Of a stretch of DNA of 40,390 bases, positions 17,259 to 26,906 are shown in pieces. Under the pieces are notes generated by a model. It had not been told where the DNA came from. It saw only the letters and a program-made list of their open reading frames with translations, and did not search any database. Position 1 is the stretch's first letter. Each line of letters opens with the position of its first letter. Where the stretch lies: IMG/VR virus record IMGVR_UViG_3300017540_000008, positions 1 to 40,390 of that record, one strand, 5' to 3'. This DNA is from a virus. Its lineage: Duplodnaviria; Caudoviricetes. Made by a program: the position numbers and the translations under genes.

Positions 17259-17591
17259 TTAGTTGATGACGAGGTTGAGGACGCCGAACACGACGGCCGC
17301 GACCACGCCGGCTGCGGGCACGAGCAGAGCAACGGCCCATCGGTAGGTGGCGCGCATCTTCTCGAGCTCGCCGCGCAGCTCGGCCCGGACAGCGTCCGCG
17401 GTCGTGCGCGCTTGCACTTCGTTCGTCTCGACGTCCCGGCGAAGGGTGCCGTGCTGCGCGTCGAGGCGCTGCACGGTCGCGTTGAACTCGCCCTTCGTCA
17501 CGAGGTTGTCGATCCGCTCATTCACGACCCGGAAGCCGTCACGGACGGACTCCTTCAGATCGGTGAGCGCATCCCGGATGTCCGCCTCCAT
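17259..17591 (-). CDS. Lysis-cassette coiled-coil membrane protein
   Basis: ATG 17591 (MEADIRDAL); coiled coil plus C-terminal TM. Confidence 0.7.
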   Translation of the reverse strand: MEADIRDALTDLKESVRDGFRVVNERIDNLVTKGEFNATVQRLDAQHGTLRRDVETNEVQARTTADAVRAELRGELEKMRATYRWAVALLVPAAGVVAAVVFGVLNLVIN

Positions 17592-18307
17592 CACTGCCCC
17601 AGAACGGACCACGTCTTCGGGCCGACGATGCCGTCGACGACCAGGCGGTGCTTCTTCTGCACCGCCCGGACGACCTCCTCCGTGCGCGCCCCGAAGATGC
17701 CGTCGACCGGCATCGGGTGGTTGCGCTTGACGAGGATGCGCTGCAGCTTCTTCACCGTCTCGCCGCGGCTGCCGCGCTTGACCGTCGGCGGGTGCGCCTT
17801 CGGCTTCGCGGCGGCAGGCTTCGCGGGAGGCTTCGGCTTCACGGCCGCCGGCTTCGCGTCGGCGATGAGCTTCCCGATCCACTTCACCGGGTCGCGGTAC
17901 GACAGCTTCCCGTTCGTGTAGTAGCGGACCTCGACGTGCAGGTTGTTGCCGTCCGCGTTGCCCGTCGCGCCCATCGTGCCGATGTCGTCGCCCTCGTCGA
18001 TCGTCTGCCCCTTGCGGACCTTGATCGACCCGTCCTTCAGGTGCGCGTACAGGATGTCGACGAGCGACCCCGACTTCGCGGTGAACCGCACGATGACGCA
18101 GTTCCCGAACCCGGAGAACGGACCAGCGAGCGTGACCTTGCCGCCACGGATCGCCTTCACCTTCGAGAACCCGACGAAGTCGGTCCCCTTGTGATCGCTC
18201 GAGCTGTACTGCCCGTTCGGGAGCTTGACAGCCTTGCGCGGCCCGAACGCGCCCCACGAGGACACCTTCGGCTGCTTGGTCGTCGAACCGTCAGGCCATC
18301 GAGTCAT
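17591..18307 (-). CDS. Endolysin: M23 peptidase + peptidoglycan-binding domain
   Basis: HKGTD, YAHL, IGTMGATG, NLHVEV; K/P/A linker; GSRGETVKKLQ...VDGIFG...VDGIVGPKTW; GAAAGGA RBS favours ATG 18307. Confidence 0.9.
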   Translation of the reverse strand: MTRWPDGSTTKQPKVSSWGAFGPRKAVKLPNGQYSSSDHKGTDFVGFSKVKAIRGGKVTLAGPFSGFGNCVIVRFTAKSGSLVDILYAHLKDGSIKVRKGQTIDEGDDIGTMGATGNADGNNLHVEVRYYTNGKLSYRDPVKWIGKLIADAKPAAVKPKPPAKPAAAKPKAHPPTVKRGSRGETVKKLQRILVKRNHPMPVDGIFGARTEEVVRAVQKKHRLVVDGIVGPKTWSVLGQ

Positions 18308-18328
18308 GCTGAGCCGTCCTTTCATGGC

Positions 18329-18377
18329 GAAGCCCCCGCCGGCTGACGAGGGCTCGAGGTGGTCGGTGTCCCGACCG
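18329..18377 (-). terminator. Two tandem hairpins between tail and lysis genes
   Basis: GGTCGG-GACA-CCGACC and GAGCCCTCGTC-AGCC-GGCGGGGGCTT on the minus strand; no long U-tract. Confidence 0.45.
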
Positions 18378-18378
18378 G

Positions 18379-19458
18379 TCAGGTCTTGATCAGGTAGTTC
18401 AGGGCGATGTACGGCTGCAGGTTGTTGTGCGGCTGCCCGCCACCTGTGTTCTGGTTCGTCGCGGTCGCCGCCGCCGTCGACCCGCGCACGACACGGTTCG
18501 TCGACGAACCGGACTGCAGGTTCGCGCCGCTGTCCGTGTTCACGAAGAACCCGTTCCCGCCGCTCGTGTGCGAGTGAGGGTTCTGCGTGTGCGTGTGCGA
18601 CGGCATCTGCGCGACCGTCAGCGTGTGCGTCTTCGCGCCGCCCGTCTCACCGAGCGTGTCGAACTCCGACTGCGCCCCATCGCGACCGACAGGCACCCGG
18701 CCCTTCATGTTCGGCAGGTTGAAGGTCGTCGACCCGTCACCGGCTCCGTACCTCGTCCCGAGAACCGCGAACAGCGACGCGTACGTGGTGCGCGACACCG
18801 CCTGCCCCTCACAGAGCAGCCACCCCGGAGGAGCCGCCGTCCCCGCGAACGGGACCAGCGACCCGGACGGTGCGATCGACGACGCGTTCCATGCCGGCAG
18901 GCCCGAGCTGTTGAAGTCGAGGACCCACGCGGCGCCCTGGATCATCACCATCGTGCCGACCCGGTTCAGGTAGTCGCGGACCATCACGTGCCGCGCGACC
19001 AGCCCGCCAGCGCCTACCCACAGACGCAGGTCGACGAACTCCTGCACCGCGGTCTGCCCGGCCGCGAACCGCACGAGCCACAGCGGCTGGTCATCCTGCG
19101 TCACCGCCGGGTCGGTCTTCCGGCCAGGGGCGCCCGGGATCGCGCGCGACGCGCTGCCCGGGATGATCACGATCGTCGACTCGCCGGCCTCCCAGTCGCG
19201 ACGCAGCGCGATCAGATCCCACCGGCTCCCCGACGAGACAGGGGTGCCCGTCACCGTCACCGTGTCGTCCGACAGGTCGCGGATGCCGTGACCGATCGCC
19301 TCGCCGGCAGAGATCGCGACGGCACGGTCGCCGCTGCCCGCGGTCGCCTCGAACGACTGCGCGCCGAGGATCCCGTACTCGGACCCGGCGCGCGCGACGA
19401 GGATCGACCAATCGTCATAGTCGACGGTCCCGGCGTACCCGATGGAAGTGATCGTCAT
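18379..19458 (-). CDS. Minor tail protein with tail-collar domain
   Basis: ATG 19458 (MTITSIGYAG); PFAGTAAPPGWLLCEGQAVSRTTYASLF...FNLPNMKGRVPVG...HTH...HNNLQPY. Confidence 0.88.
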   Translation of the reverse strand: MTITSIGYAGTVDYDDWSILVARAGSEYGILGAQSFEATAGSGDRAVAISAGEAIGHGIRDLSDDTVTVTGTPVSSGSRWDLIALRRDWEAGESTIVIIPGSASRAIPGAPGRKTDPAVTQDDQPLWLVRFAAGQTAVQEFVDLRLWVGAGGLVARHVMVRDYLNRVGTMVMIQGAAWVLDFNSSGLPAWNASSIAPSGSLVPFAGTAAPPGWLLCEGQAVSRTTYASLFAVLGTRYGAGDGSTTFNLPNMKGRVPVGRDGAQSEFDTLGETGGAKTHTLTVAQMPSHTHTQNPHSHTSGGNGFFVNTDSGANLQSGSSTNRVVRGSTAAATATNQNTGGGQPHNNLQPYIALNYLIKT

Positions 19459-20576
19459 TAGCGTCTCCCCTGGTCCCGCTGTCCTTTGGCAAGCCGTCCG
19501 ACCTGCCGCCACAGCTGCACGTTCTCGTCGTCCCCGTCGACGTCGCCGACGGTCGGCGTGACGACGGTGCCCTGCTCGAAGCTCGAGGTGATCGACACCT
19601 TCGTGATCGGCTGCGTGACGTCGACCGGCCCGACCTTCACGCGCACGAGGTCGCCCTCCCGGTACGTCTGCAGGTACCGGAACCGCTCCGTCTCCACGAG
19701 CTCGGTCGACACCGACACCGTCGGCGCGGCCGCGTTCAGCGCCGCCTGCGCCTCGGCGGCGAGGTCCGTGTCCTCGCCCGTGTTGCCAGCGTCGACGAAG
19801 CCCTCGATGATGTCGCCCCACGTCGCCTCGCGCGCCGAGTCGACGACCTGCGTGAACTCCCGGTCGACACCGTCGCCGGGACCGCCCACGATCACCCGCG
19901 TCGCCGTCGGCCACGCCCGGTTGAACTTGTACGAGTCCGGCACGCCCGACTCGAGCGTGAGCCTCCCGGGCACCGTGTCCGGCTGCCGCACGTCCACCGT
20001 CGGCACGCCCGTAACCGGGTCGTACTCGAACGTCACGATCAGCCCGTCCTCGACGAGCAGCGGCAGCACCTTGTCGCCGATCGAGTGGAACCGCAGCTCG
20101 ACCGACTTCGCCGTCCCGTACCCGTGATCCGGGGCGACCGTCCACGGGATATCGAGCCGGTCGAGCGTCTCCTGCAGCACGGTCTTGAAGATGAGTTCCG
20201 ACTTCACGTTCGTGAACGCCCGGAACTCCTCCGACTGATGGTCGAGGTCCGCGTCCGGGACCGGCCACACGAACCACTGCCACAGCTTCCGCATGTCCGA
20301 GTCGATGTGCGCCTCGACGGTGCCGTACGGCCCCTCGCCCGGCGTAGACGTGATCGCACCGCGGAACAGCTCCACACCGCGGAACCACACCGCGCACCGG
20401 GCGCCGTCCGCCGTCACCGCCTGCAGCGCCGGGTCGTCGTCGTCGAGCGTGAACTCAGCGACGCTGATCCCGTTCGGCACGACGTCGGCGCTGCCGTCGA
20501 CAGTGATGTCGCGACGGAAGGCGCCGCCCGGCGCGTAGACCACGAACCGCAGCAGCTCCTTGATGTTCACGAGCAC
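19458..20576 (-). CDS. Minor tail protein (baseplate hub/Tal-like)
   Basis: Follows Dit; PTATRVIVGGPGDG...IEGFVD...YREGDLVRV. Confidence 0.85.
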   Translation of the reverse strand: MLVNIKELLRFVVYAPGGAFRRDITVDGSADVVPNGISVAEFTLDDDDPALQAVTADGARCAVWFRGVELFRGAITSTPGEGPYGTVEAHIDSDMRKLWQWFVWPVPDADLDHQSEEFRAFTNVKSELIFKTVLQETLDRLDIPWTVAPDHGYGTAKSVELRFHSIGDKVLPLLVEDGLIVTFEYDPVTGVPTVDVRQPDTVPGRLTLESGVPDSYKFNRAWPTATRVIVGGPGDGVDREFTQVVDSAREATWGDIIEGFVDAGNTGEDTDLAAEAQAALNAAAPTVSVSTELVETERFRYLQTYREGDLVRVKVGPVDVTQPITKVSITSSFEQGTVVTPTVGDVDGDDENVQLWRQVGRLAKGQRDQGRR

Positions 20577-20580
20577 CCCT

Positions 20581-21501
20581 TCAGAACGCGCGGAAGTACA
20601 GCGGCATCACCTGGCAGGTGATCGACCCGGACCCGGTCGCGGCCACGGTGAGCGGCACCTTCGCGCCCGGCGGGATCTGCGCGTAATCCTGCAGCCCGAG
20701 CGCCTCGGTCGCGTCCTCACCGTTCAGCGTCGCCGTCGGCCGGCGCGGGTCCGTGTCGATCACGAGCACGTCCCCGTTCGACAGCGGGAACGGGACCTCG
20801 ATGACCGTCGACCCGACACCGAGCACGATGTCGTCGAGCTCGTCCGTCGCACGCCACACCGGGCACACGTCCACGTCGCCCGGGTTCGACGCGACCGCCT
20901 TCCCGAACGCGCGCGCCGACCCGATGTGGAACGGCGGCCCGAGCGTCTCCGGGTCGATGAACGGCTGCGCCTCACCCGCCGACCACGGCCCGTACACCTC
21001 CGGTGTGCCCTGCCAGTACGGCTGCACCGCCTCGAGCGTCACCCCGTACTGCGCCCAGCCCTGCTGATACGGGTCGAGCTCGTACGCGTGCCCTTCCTCG
21101 AACACGCCCGTCAGCCGAAGCGTGCGGGACTCGGTGCCGGCGGTGACCTTCCACACGCCCTCCCGGTCCGGGTGGATCGTGTTGAAGAACGCCCGCTGCC
21201 GCTCGAGCCACGCGTCCGACCCATCCGCCCACAGGTGGATCGGCCAGAACACGTCGCGCGACTGCGCCTGCCAGCCCCGCAGACGCTTCCCCGGGATCGC
21301 ACCCGACGTCGACGAGTACTTCGTGATCACCGGGTTGTGCAGGCCCTCCGTCCCCTCCCGGCGGAGCAGCACCCCGCCGAGAGGGTCCGTGAGGTCCCAC
21401 ACGGAGCCGTCCGGCCCCGTCCACGTCACACCGAGCCGCCCCCACTGCCGCACCTCGATAGGAGGCGCGACAGTAGGAGCCGCGAGCACAAGTCCGGGCA
21501 T
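20581..21501 (-). CDS. Minor tail protein (distal tail, Dit-like)
   Basis: Directly after tape measure; WTGPDGSVWDL, NPGDVDVCPVW, LVIDTDP. Confidence 0.85.
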   Translation of the reverse strand: MPGLVLAAPTVAPPIEVRQWGRLGVTWTGPDGSVWDLTDPLGGVLLRREGTEGLHNPVITKYSSTSGAIPGKRLRGWQAQSRDVFWPIHLWADGSDAWLERQRAFFNTIHPDREGVWKVTAGTESRTLRLTGVFEEGHAYELDPYQQGWAQYGVTLEAVQPYWQGTPEVYGPWSAGEAQPFIDPETLGPPFHIGSARAFGKAVASNPGDVDVCPVWRATDELDDIVLGVGSTVIEVPFPLSNGDVLVIDTDPRRPTATLNGEDATEALGLQDYAQIPPGAKVPLTVAATGSGSITCQVMPLYFRAF

Positions 21502-24500
21502 TACGCCATCACCGCCTTCACAGCCTCACCGGATGCGCGCACCCGGCGCCGCTTGCGCTTGTCGGCAACGCGGAACGCCTCCTCGATGTCCGTGACCCCG
21601 TACAGGTTGAACGTGTCGCCCTGCCCGGTCACGACCGTCGAGCCGGAGGTCGAGGCCGACTGCGTCGCGACGATCCTCGACATCGTCGAAGCCACCGCAC
21701 GCACCCGCGACGCGTCCGGCAGAGCGGCCAGAACCGACCGCTGCACCGTCGACGTCTGCGACCCGATGCCCTTCGCGTAGCCCTGCATCGTGAATCGGCC
21801 GAGATCCGCGAACACCCTCGAGGGCGACTTGATCTTCAGCTTCTTCTTGACCGTGGCGACGAGGCTGTTCGCCAGCCCGTCCGCGACCTTCTTCAACTGC
21901 GCGGCCTGCGACTCGAGGCCCTTCACGAGCCCCTGCGCCGCACTGATGCCGGCCTTGTAAAGCTGGTCGCCGACCGTGTTCCCGAGCTTCGCGCCCGCCG
22001 CCGACAGCTGCCCCTGCAGGCCCTTGACCTGATCGACCGCAGCCTTCCCGCCGGCGAGCAGCGCATCCGCCGCCTTCGACGATCCGTCCTGCTGGAACTG
22101 CGCGAGCAGCTGGTCCCGGGTCGTCGCGTCGAGGCCGAGCTTCGTCAGCGCGTCGAGCGTCTTCTGGAACTTCTGCGTCGCCTCGATCCGCTTGGTCAGG
22201 TTCGCGACCATGCCCTGCACGGACCGGAACCCCGCCACGTCACCGAGCCCGACCACCGAGGACTGCACCCCGGCGACGAAATCGGCCCGCTGCTTGACGA
22301 GGTCCGCGAGGTTCTTCTGCGCGTCCTTCAGCTTGCCGAGCACCTTCTCGCGCTCGGCGAGCGCCTTCTGGATCTCCTTCGTCGTCGCCTTGATCGCCTT
22401 GATCGCGGACGCGCCGGCCGTCTTCGAGATGACGCCGGCGTCCATGCCCTTGCGGATCTTGGAGATCATCGACTTCGCAGCCGACTCGACCTTCGACGCG
22501 GAGCCCTTCAGGCCCTGCACGAAGCCCTCACCGACGAAGCGGCCGATGTCGCGGAACACCTTCGACGGGGAGTGAATCCCGAGCAGGCCCTTCGCCCAGT
22601 CGATCGCATCGTTGATGATGCCGCCGATCGCGTCGAGAACCTTCTGCCCGCTCGCGAGCAGACCCTCGATCAGACCCTGGATCAGATCCTTTCCGGCCTG
22701 CACGAGCTGCGGCGCCTCGTCGATCATCGCCTTGACGATCTTCGGGATCATGTCGATGACGGCCTTGATGATGTCCGGCAGCGCCTTCACGAGCCCGACG
22801 ATCAGCCCGAGGAACAGCTGTAGTCCGCCAGCGATGAGCTGCGGGAGCATGCTCACGATCGCGACGATCAGCTTCGGGATCGCCTGCAGGATCGCCGACG
22901 TGATCCGAGGCAGCGCCGCGATAAGCCCGGTCACGAGCCCGAGGAACAGCTGGATCGCCCCGACGATGAGCTTCGGCAGCGCCGACACGATCGCCGAGAT
23001 CAGCTGCGGGATCGCGTTCACGATCGCGACGATGATCTCTGGGACCGCGTTCACGAGCCCCATCACGAGACCGAGGAACAGCTGCAGCCCCGCCTGGATG
23101 ATCGCAGGGATCATCCCGACGATCGTCTGCACGAGCACCGGGATGAGTCCGATGATCGCGGTCACGATCACCGGGATCGCCTGCACGATCCCTTCGACGA
23201 GGCCGAGGAGCAGGTTCAGTCCCGTCGTGATGATGACCGGCAGCATGCTCAGCACCGTCGCGACGAGCTTCGGGAGCAGCGCCACGAGCGCGGACACGAT
23301 CTGCGGGATGACCGTCACGACCGCCTGAATGAGCCCCTTGAACAGCCGCAGCCCCGCGGTCAGCAGACGCGGGACCATGCTGAGCAGGGTCTGCGCGATC
23401 TTCGGGACGATCCCGATCACCGCGTCGAGCACCTGCGGAAGCACGCCCAGGACCGCCCCGACCAGCCCCTGCAGCAGACCGAGACCCGCGTTCAGGAGCT
23501 TCGGCGCCGCCGACAGGAGCGTGTCCGCGATCATCGGGATCACGCCCGCGACCGACCGTGCCAGGTTCGGGAGCACGCCAGCGATCGACTGCACAAGGGT
23601 GAGCAGCAGCGACGTGAACCCGTTCAGCAGAACCGGCAGGTTCGCCGCGATCGACGCCAGCAGCTGCGGGACGACCTCGGTGACGACCTTCAGGATCGCG
23701 GCCGAGATCTTCGGCAGGACGCCGAGCAGCGACGTCGTGAGCGACTCGAACCCGGCGGTGAGCTGCTCCGGCTTGAACGCGGTGAGCGCCACGAAGCCAC
23801 CGACCACGAGGCCGAGCGGCGCCGTCAGCCCCGCGAACAGCGGACCGATCAGCGGGAGCCGGGTGATCATCGTGCCGAGCACGCCGACCACCGCGCCGAC
23901 GACCGGCAGCAGCGGACCGATCGCGTCCTTCAGCCCGGACAGACCGGACCCGTCGAACTTGATCTTCGACAGCGTGTCACCGAACGACTTCATCGCCGGC
24001 ACGAGCCGTGCACCGATCGCCTCGAACAGCGGCTTCACCGCCGACGCGACCTGATCGAGCAGGCTGATCACACCCGGCATCACAGCCTTCAGCCCGTCGA
24101 ACACCGGCTGCAGAGCGGTCGCCCCGAACCGGCCGAGCGCGGCGCCGACGTTCTGCACCATGCCGCGGAACGAGGTGCCCATCACCTTCGCGGCTTCGCC
24201 GTTCTTCCCCATCACGGTGATGAAGTCCTCGAACGACACCTTGCCGGCGGACACCATCTTCCGGACTTCTTCGCCGGTCTTCCCGTAGTGCTCCTGCAGC
24301 ATCGCGAGGATCGGGACCTGCCGGTCGAGGAGCGCGGCCATCGTCTCGCCGCTCAGCTTCCCGGCAGACGCGGCCTTGTTCCAGATGACCGACATGTCCG
24401 ACAGCGACGAGCCGGACAGCGCCGCCGTCGACACCATCGACTGCAGCGCCTTGTCCATCTGCTTGACCGGCACCTTCGCGGCCGACAGACCAGCCGCCGC

Positions 24501-25358
24501 GGACGCCGCGTCGCCGAGCCCGAACGCCGTGCCGCGCACCGCGTTCAGCGCCTTCGACATCATCGTGTCGACCTGCTCGGCCGTGTTGCCAAGCGCCGAC
24601 AGCTTCGTCCGTGCGGTGTCGATCGACTCGAGCCGCGAGAACCCCTTCTTGAACGCGACGCCGAGGATGCCCGCGACCGCGATCCCCGCGCCCTGGAACG
24701 CGGACCCGACGAAGCGGGCAGCGTCACCAGCGACCCGCTTCACTCCGCCCATCGCGGCCGAGAACGCCGACTGGACCCCGCGCGCCGCCGCCCCGGCGAC
24801 CGACCGGATACCGGACCACCCGCGCGCGAACGCAGCGGACGCGCCCGACGACGACGACGCGAGGTCGTCCTGCAGGGACTTCAGCTTCGACTGCGCCGCC
24901 TGCAGGCCCGACGTCGCCGCCGTGACCTGCGACGTCGACGACGACAGGTTGCGGCGCGCGGCCGCGAGACGCTCCTCCGCGGCGACCGCCTGCGACGAGC
25001 CCGCGCCGTGCTTCTGCAGCACCTCCGCGAGCTGCTGCTCCGCGACGCGCACACGGCCGGCGTCGTTCATCTGCTTCATGCGCGCCGACGACAGCGCCCG
25101 CGACGACGTCGCCACGTCCCGCTGGAACTTCTTCAGCGCGTCCGAGCCGAGGTTCGCCGTCGACGTGGTCACCGCAGCCTTCAGGCCACGGCCGAGCGCC
25201 TGCCCGCTCGACCGGCCCATCGACGCGAACCCGCGGGTCGCGGCCGTCGACGCGGCCTTCGTGCCCGCGTTGACCTCGTTCGAGATCGCCTTCCGCATCC
25301 CCTTGAAGACGGGGAAGATCGCGACGTGCCCGGACCCGACTTCCTTCGACACAGACAC
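21501..25358 (-). CDS. Tape measure protein
   Basis: 1285 aa; KGFSRLESIDTARTKL...VRGTAFGL; long amphipathic repeats; LGIHSPSKVF and IKSPSRVF. Confidence 0.96.
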   Translation of the reverse strand: MSVSKEVGSGHVAIFPVFKGMRKAISNEVNAGTKAASTAATRGFASMGRSSGQALGRGLKAAVTTSTANLGSDALKKFQRDVATSSRALSSARMKQMNDAGRVRVAEQQLAEVLQKHGAGSSQAVAAEERLAAARRNLSSSTSQVTAATSGLQAAQSKLKSLQDDLASSSSGASAAFARGWSGIRSVAGAAARGVQSAFSAAMGGVKRVAGDAARFVGSAFQGAGIAVAGILGVAFKKGFSRLESIDTARTKLSALGNTAEQVDTMMSKALNAVRGTAFGLGDAASAAAGLSAAKVPVKQMDKALQSMVSTAALSGSSLSDMSVIWNKAASAGKLSGETMAALLDRQVPILAMLQEHYGKTGEEVRKMVSAGKVSFEDFITVMGKNGEAAKVMGTSFRGMVQNVGAALGRFGATALQPVFDGLKAVMPGVISLLDQVASAVKPLFEAIGARLVPAMKSFGDTLSKIKFDGSGLSGLKDAIGPLLPVVGAVVGVLGTMITRLPLIGPLFAGLTAPLGLVVGGFVALTAFKPEQLTAGFESLTTSLLGVLPKISAAILKVVTEVVPQLLASIAANLPVLLNGFTSLLLTLVQSIAGVLPNLARSVAGVIPMIADTLLSAAPKLLNAGLGLLQGLVGAVLGVLPQVLDAVIGIVPKIAQTLLSMVPRLLTAGLRLFKGLIQAVVTVIPQIVSALVALLPKLVATVLSMLPVIITTGLNLLLGLVEGIVQAIPVIVTAIIGLIPVLVQTIVGMIPAIIQAGLQLFLGLVMGLVNAVPEIIVAIVNAIPQLISAIVSALPKLIVGAIQLFLGLVTGLIAALPRITSAILQAIPKLIVAIVSMLPQLIAGGLQLFLGLIVGLVKALPDIIKAVIDMIPKIVKAMIDEAPQLVQAGKDLIQGLIEGLLASGQKVLDAIGGIINDAIDWAKGLLGIHSPSKVFRDIGRFVGEGFVQGLKGSASKVESAAKSMISKIRKGMDAGVISKTAGASAIKAIKATTKEIQKALAEREKVLGKLKDAQKNLADLVKQRADFVAGVQSSVVGLGDVAGFRSVQGMVANLTKRIEATQKFQKTLDALTKLGLDATTRDQLLAQFQQDGSSKAADALLAGGKAAVDQVKGLQGQLSAAGAKLGNTVGDQLYKAGISAAQGLVKGLESQAAQLKKVADGLANSLVATVKKKLKIKSPSRVFADLGRFTMQGYAKGIGSQTSTVQRSVLAALPDASRVRAVASTMSRIVATQSASTSGSTVVTGQGDTFNLYGVTDIEEAFRVADKRKRRRVRASGEAVKAVMA

Positions 25359-25370
25359 ACCGCCTCTCGA

Positions 25371-26056
25371 TCAGAACGCCGAGTACTGCTGCAGGCGCTC
25401 CCGCAGCTCCTCGGCAACCTCGGGCGCGACGACCTCCTGCTCGGGCCGGCGCTCCCACGGCAGCGGGAACGAAACCGACTTGCCCTTCTCGAGCAGGTAC
25501 GACAGGACCCCCTGCGACAGCAGGGTGACCGCGAGCTCAGCGACGGAAGCCGGATACGACCACCCGGCCTCCGCCGCCGCGAGGTGCGAGGTCGGATCCT
25601 CGATCAGCGACGCGTACAGCAGCAGCGCCTCACCCCACGAGCACGAGACGCCGACGTCGAGCAGCGACAGACCCATCCCGCGGAAGTCACGGGCGGCAGC
25701 CGCCTCATGTTGGCTCAGGCGCTCGACGAGCCCACGAATTCCCCCAGGCGCGCCTCGGCGATCTCCTGGAACTTCGCGAAGTAGCCCATCGCCGCGGCGA
25801 GCACCTGAACGGTGTCCTCCGCCTCGTCGAGCGTCTGCTTCGCGGACCCGATCCCGAGCTCGTCGATGAACCGCTCGAGGTCGTCGAGCGAGTTGTTCTC
25901 GCTGATGTCCATCAGCTTCTTGAACGTGCGGTACGGGACCTTCAGCGGCAGCACGAGCTCGCCCGCCGTCGACCCGTCGATCCTCGCGTGGAAGTTCCCC
26001 TCCACGATGTACATGTCCGGCTTCGGGCCGGGAGTCTTCTCGGTGGCAGTTGCCAT
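25371..26056 (-). CDS. Tail assembly chaperone, long (-1 frameshift) form
   Basis: GGGGGAA slip joins ...EARLG to (G)IRGLVERLSQHEAAAARDF...SDYSAF-like end LQQYSAF, finishing just before the tape measure gene. Confidence 0.85.
25715..26056 (-). CDS. Tail assembly chaperone, short form
   Basis: ATG 26056 with GAAAGG RBS; between major tail and tape measure genes. Confidence 0.88.
   Translation of the reverse strand: MATATEKTPGPKPDMYIVEGNFHARIDGSTAGELVLPLKVPYRTFKKLMDISENNSLDDLERFIDELGIGSAKQTLDEAEDTVQVLAAAMGYFAKFQEIAEARLGEFVGSSSA
25739..25745 (-). other. Programmed -1 frameshift slippery site GGGGGAA
   Basis: CTG GGG GAA TTC near the end of the short chaperone, -1 frame open. Confidence 0.85.
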
Positions 26057-26241
26057 GATGAGCACCTTTCGATGAGCAGTGATGAGCGCGAATGGATGAG
26101 CGCCCGCACCGGCCCGTGTGCGCGCCTAACAGCGCGCGAGGCACACGCGGTGCCGTCGACGCGCGACAGGCGCGCACACAGGCGCACACGGGCGGAGGGT
26201 GGTCGGTCCCGGACGGGCTCATCAGACACCCGGAACCGACC
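26057..26241 (-). promoter_or_regulatory. Structured cis-regulatory RNA between major tail and chaperone genes
   Basis: 13-bp hairpin (26241-26201) with UGAUGAGC in the loop; 16-bp stem (26183-26112); four GCUCAUC copies around the RBS. Confidence 0.65.
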
Positions 26242-26252
26242 GGTCAGGAGGG

Positions 26253-26834
26253 TCAGGACTCCGACGTGTTGGTGTCGATCCACCACTCGCCGAAGTGCTC
26301 GTTGTTGAAGTACGCGGAGCGGTCGAACTTGAACGTGAGGTTCGTGCCCGACACCTCACCGCGAGTCGACTGATCCTGCGCGGCAGCCGACACGTACGAG
26401 ACACCGAGGCGGCGACGGATGAACCCGTTCTTGAAGATCTCCTCGGTGAACGTGAGGTAACGGGTCGCGTGACCGCTCGCGTCGACGGTGATGTACCCGT
26501 GCTCGTCGGGCACCTTGCCCCACGTGACCTCACGGACAACCGCGTCGTACTGCGCGAGCCCGACCTCGACAGTCGCGTTCGCGAGGCCCGTCGGGATCGA
26601 GTAGCCCGACTGGAAGAACTCGATGTCGTCGCCGTCCTTCTCAGTCGTCCACGTGAACCCGCCGTCCGTCTTGATCAGACCGAGCTTCCGATACGCGACC
26701 GGAAGGGTGAGCAGCGGCTCCGCGCCGTCCGCCGGCGAGAGCACGTTGGGCGCCGCCACGGGAGCGATACCGATGTTGCCGGAGATCGGGATCCCGACCG
26801 CACCGACGTCGTTGCCTGCAGCATCTGCAGTCAT
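26253..26834 (-). CDS. Major tail protein
   Basis: YRKLGLIKTDGGF...DDIEFFQ; GAGGAGG RBS; position. Confidence 0.88.
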   Translation of the reverse strand: MTADAAGNDVGAVGIPISGNIGIAPVAAPNVLSPADGAEPLLTLPVAYRKLGLIKTDGGFTWTTEKDGDDIEFFQSGYSIPTGLANATVEVGLAQYDAVVREVTWGKVPDEHGYITVDASGHATRYLTFTEEIFKNGFIRRRLGVSYVSAAAQDQSTRGEVSGTNLTFKFDRSAYFNNEHFGEWWIDTNTSES

Positions 26835-26857
26835 GATTCCTCCTCAGGAATGCAAGC

Positions 26858-26885
26858 GAGCGCACCGCCCGCAGGCGGCACGCTC
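26858..26885 (-). other. Hairpin upstream of major tail RBS
   Basis: GAGCGTGCCGCC-TGCG-GGCGGTGCGCTC; G-U pairs close only on the minus strand. Confidence 0.5.
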
Positions 26886-26906
26886 AGGGATGGGAAGGGG
26901 ACCCCG

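Noticed and set aside
12239-19458. Diversity-generating retroelement or invertible tail-fibre cassette
   Set aside because: No reverse transcriptase, no template/variable repeat pair, no invertase or flanking inverted sites seen
22192-25869. Long plus-strand ORFs opposite the tape measure gene (and similar ones opposite other genes)
   Set aside because: Antisense shadows expected at ~70% GC; no RBS or motifs
26066-26226. Hammerhead ribozyme (CUGAUGA ... GAAA on the minus strand)
   Set aside because: Stem II cannot form next to GAAA; the motif is better explained by loop-repeat pairing and the SD
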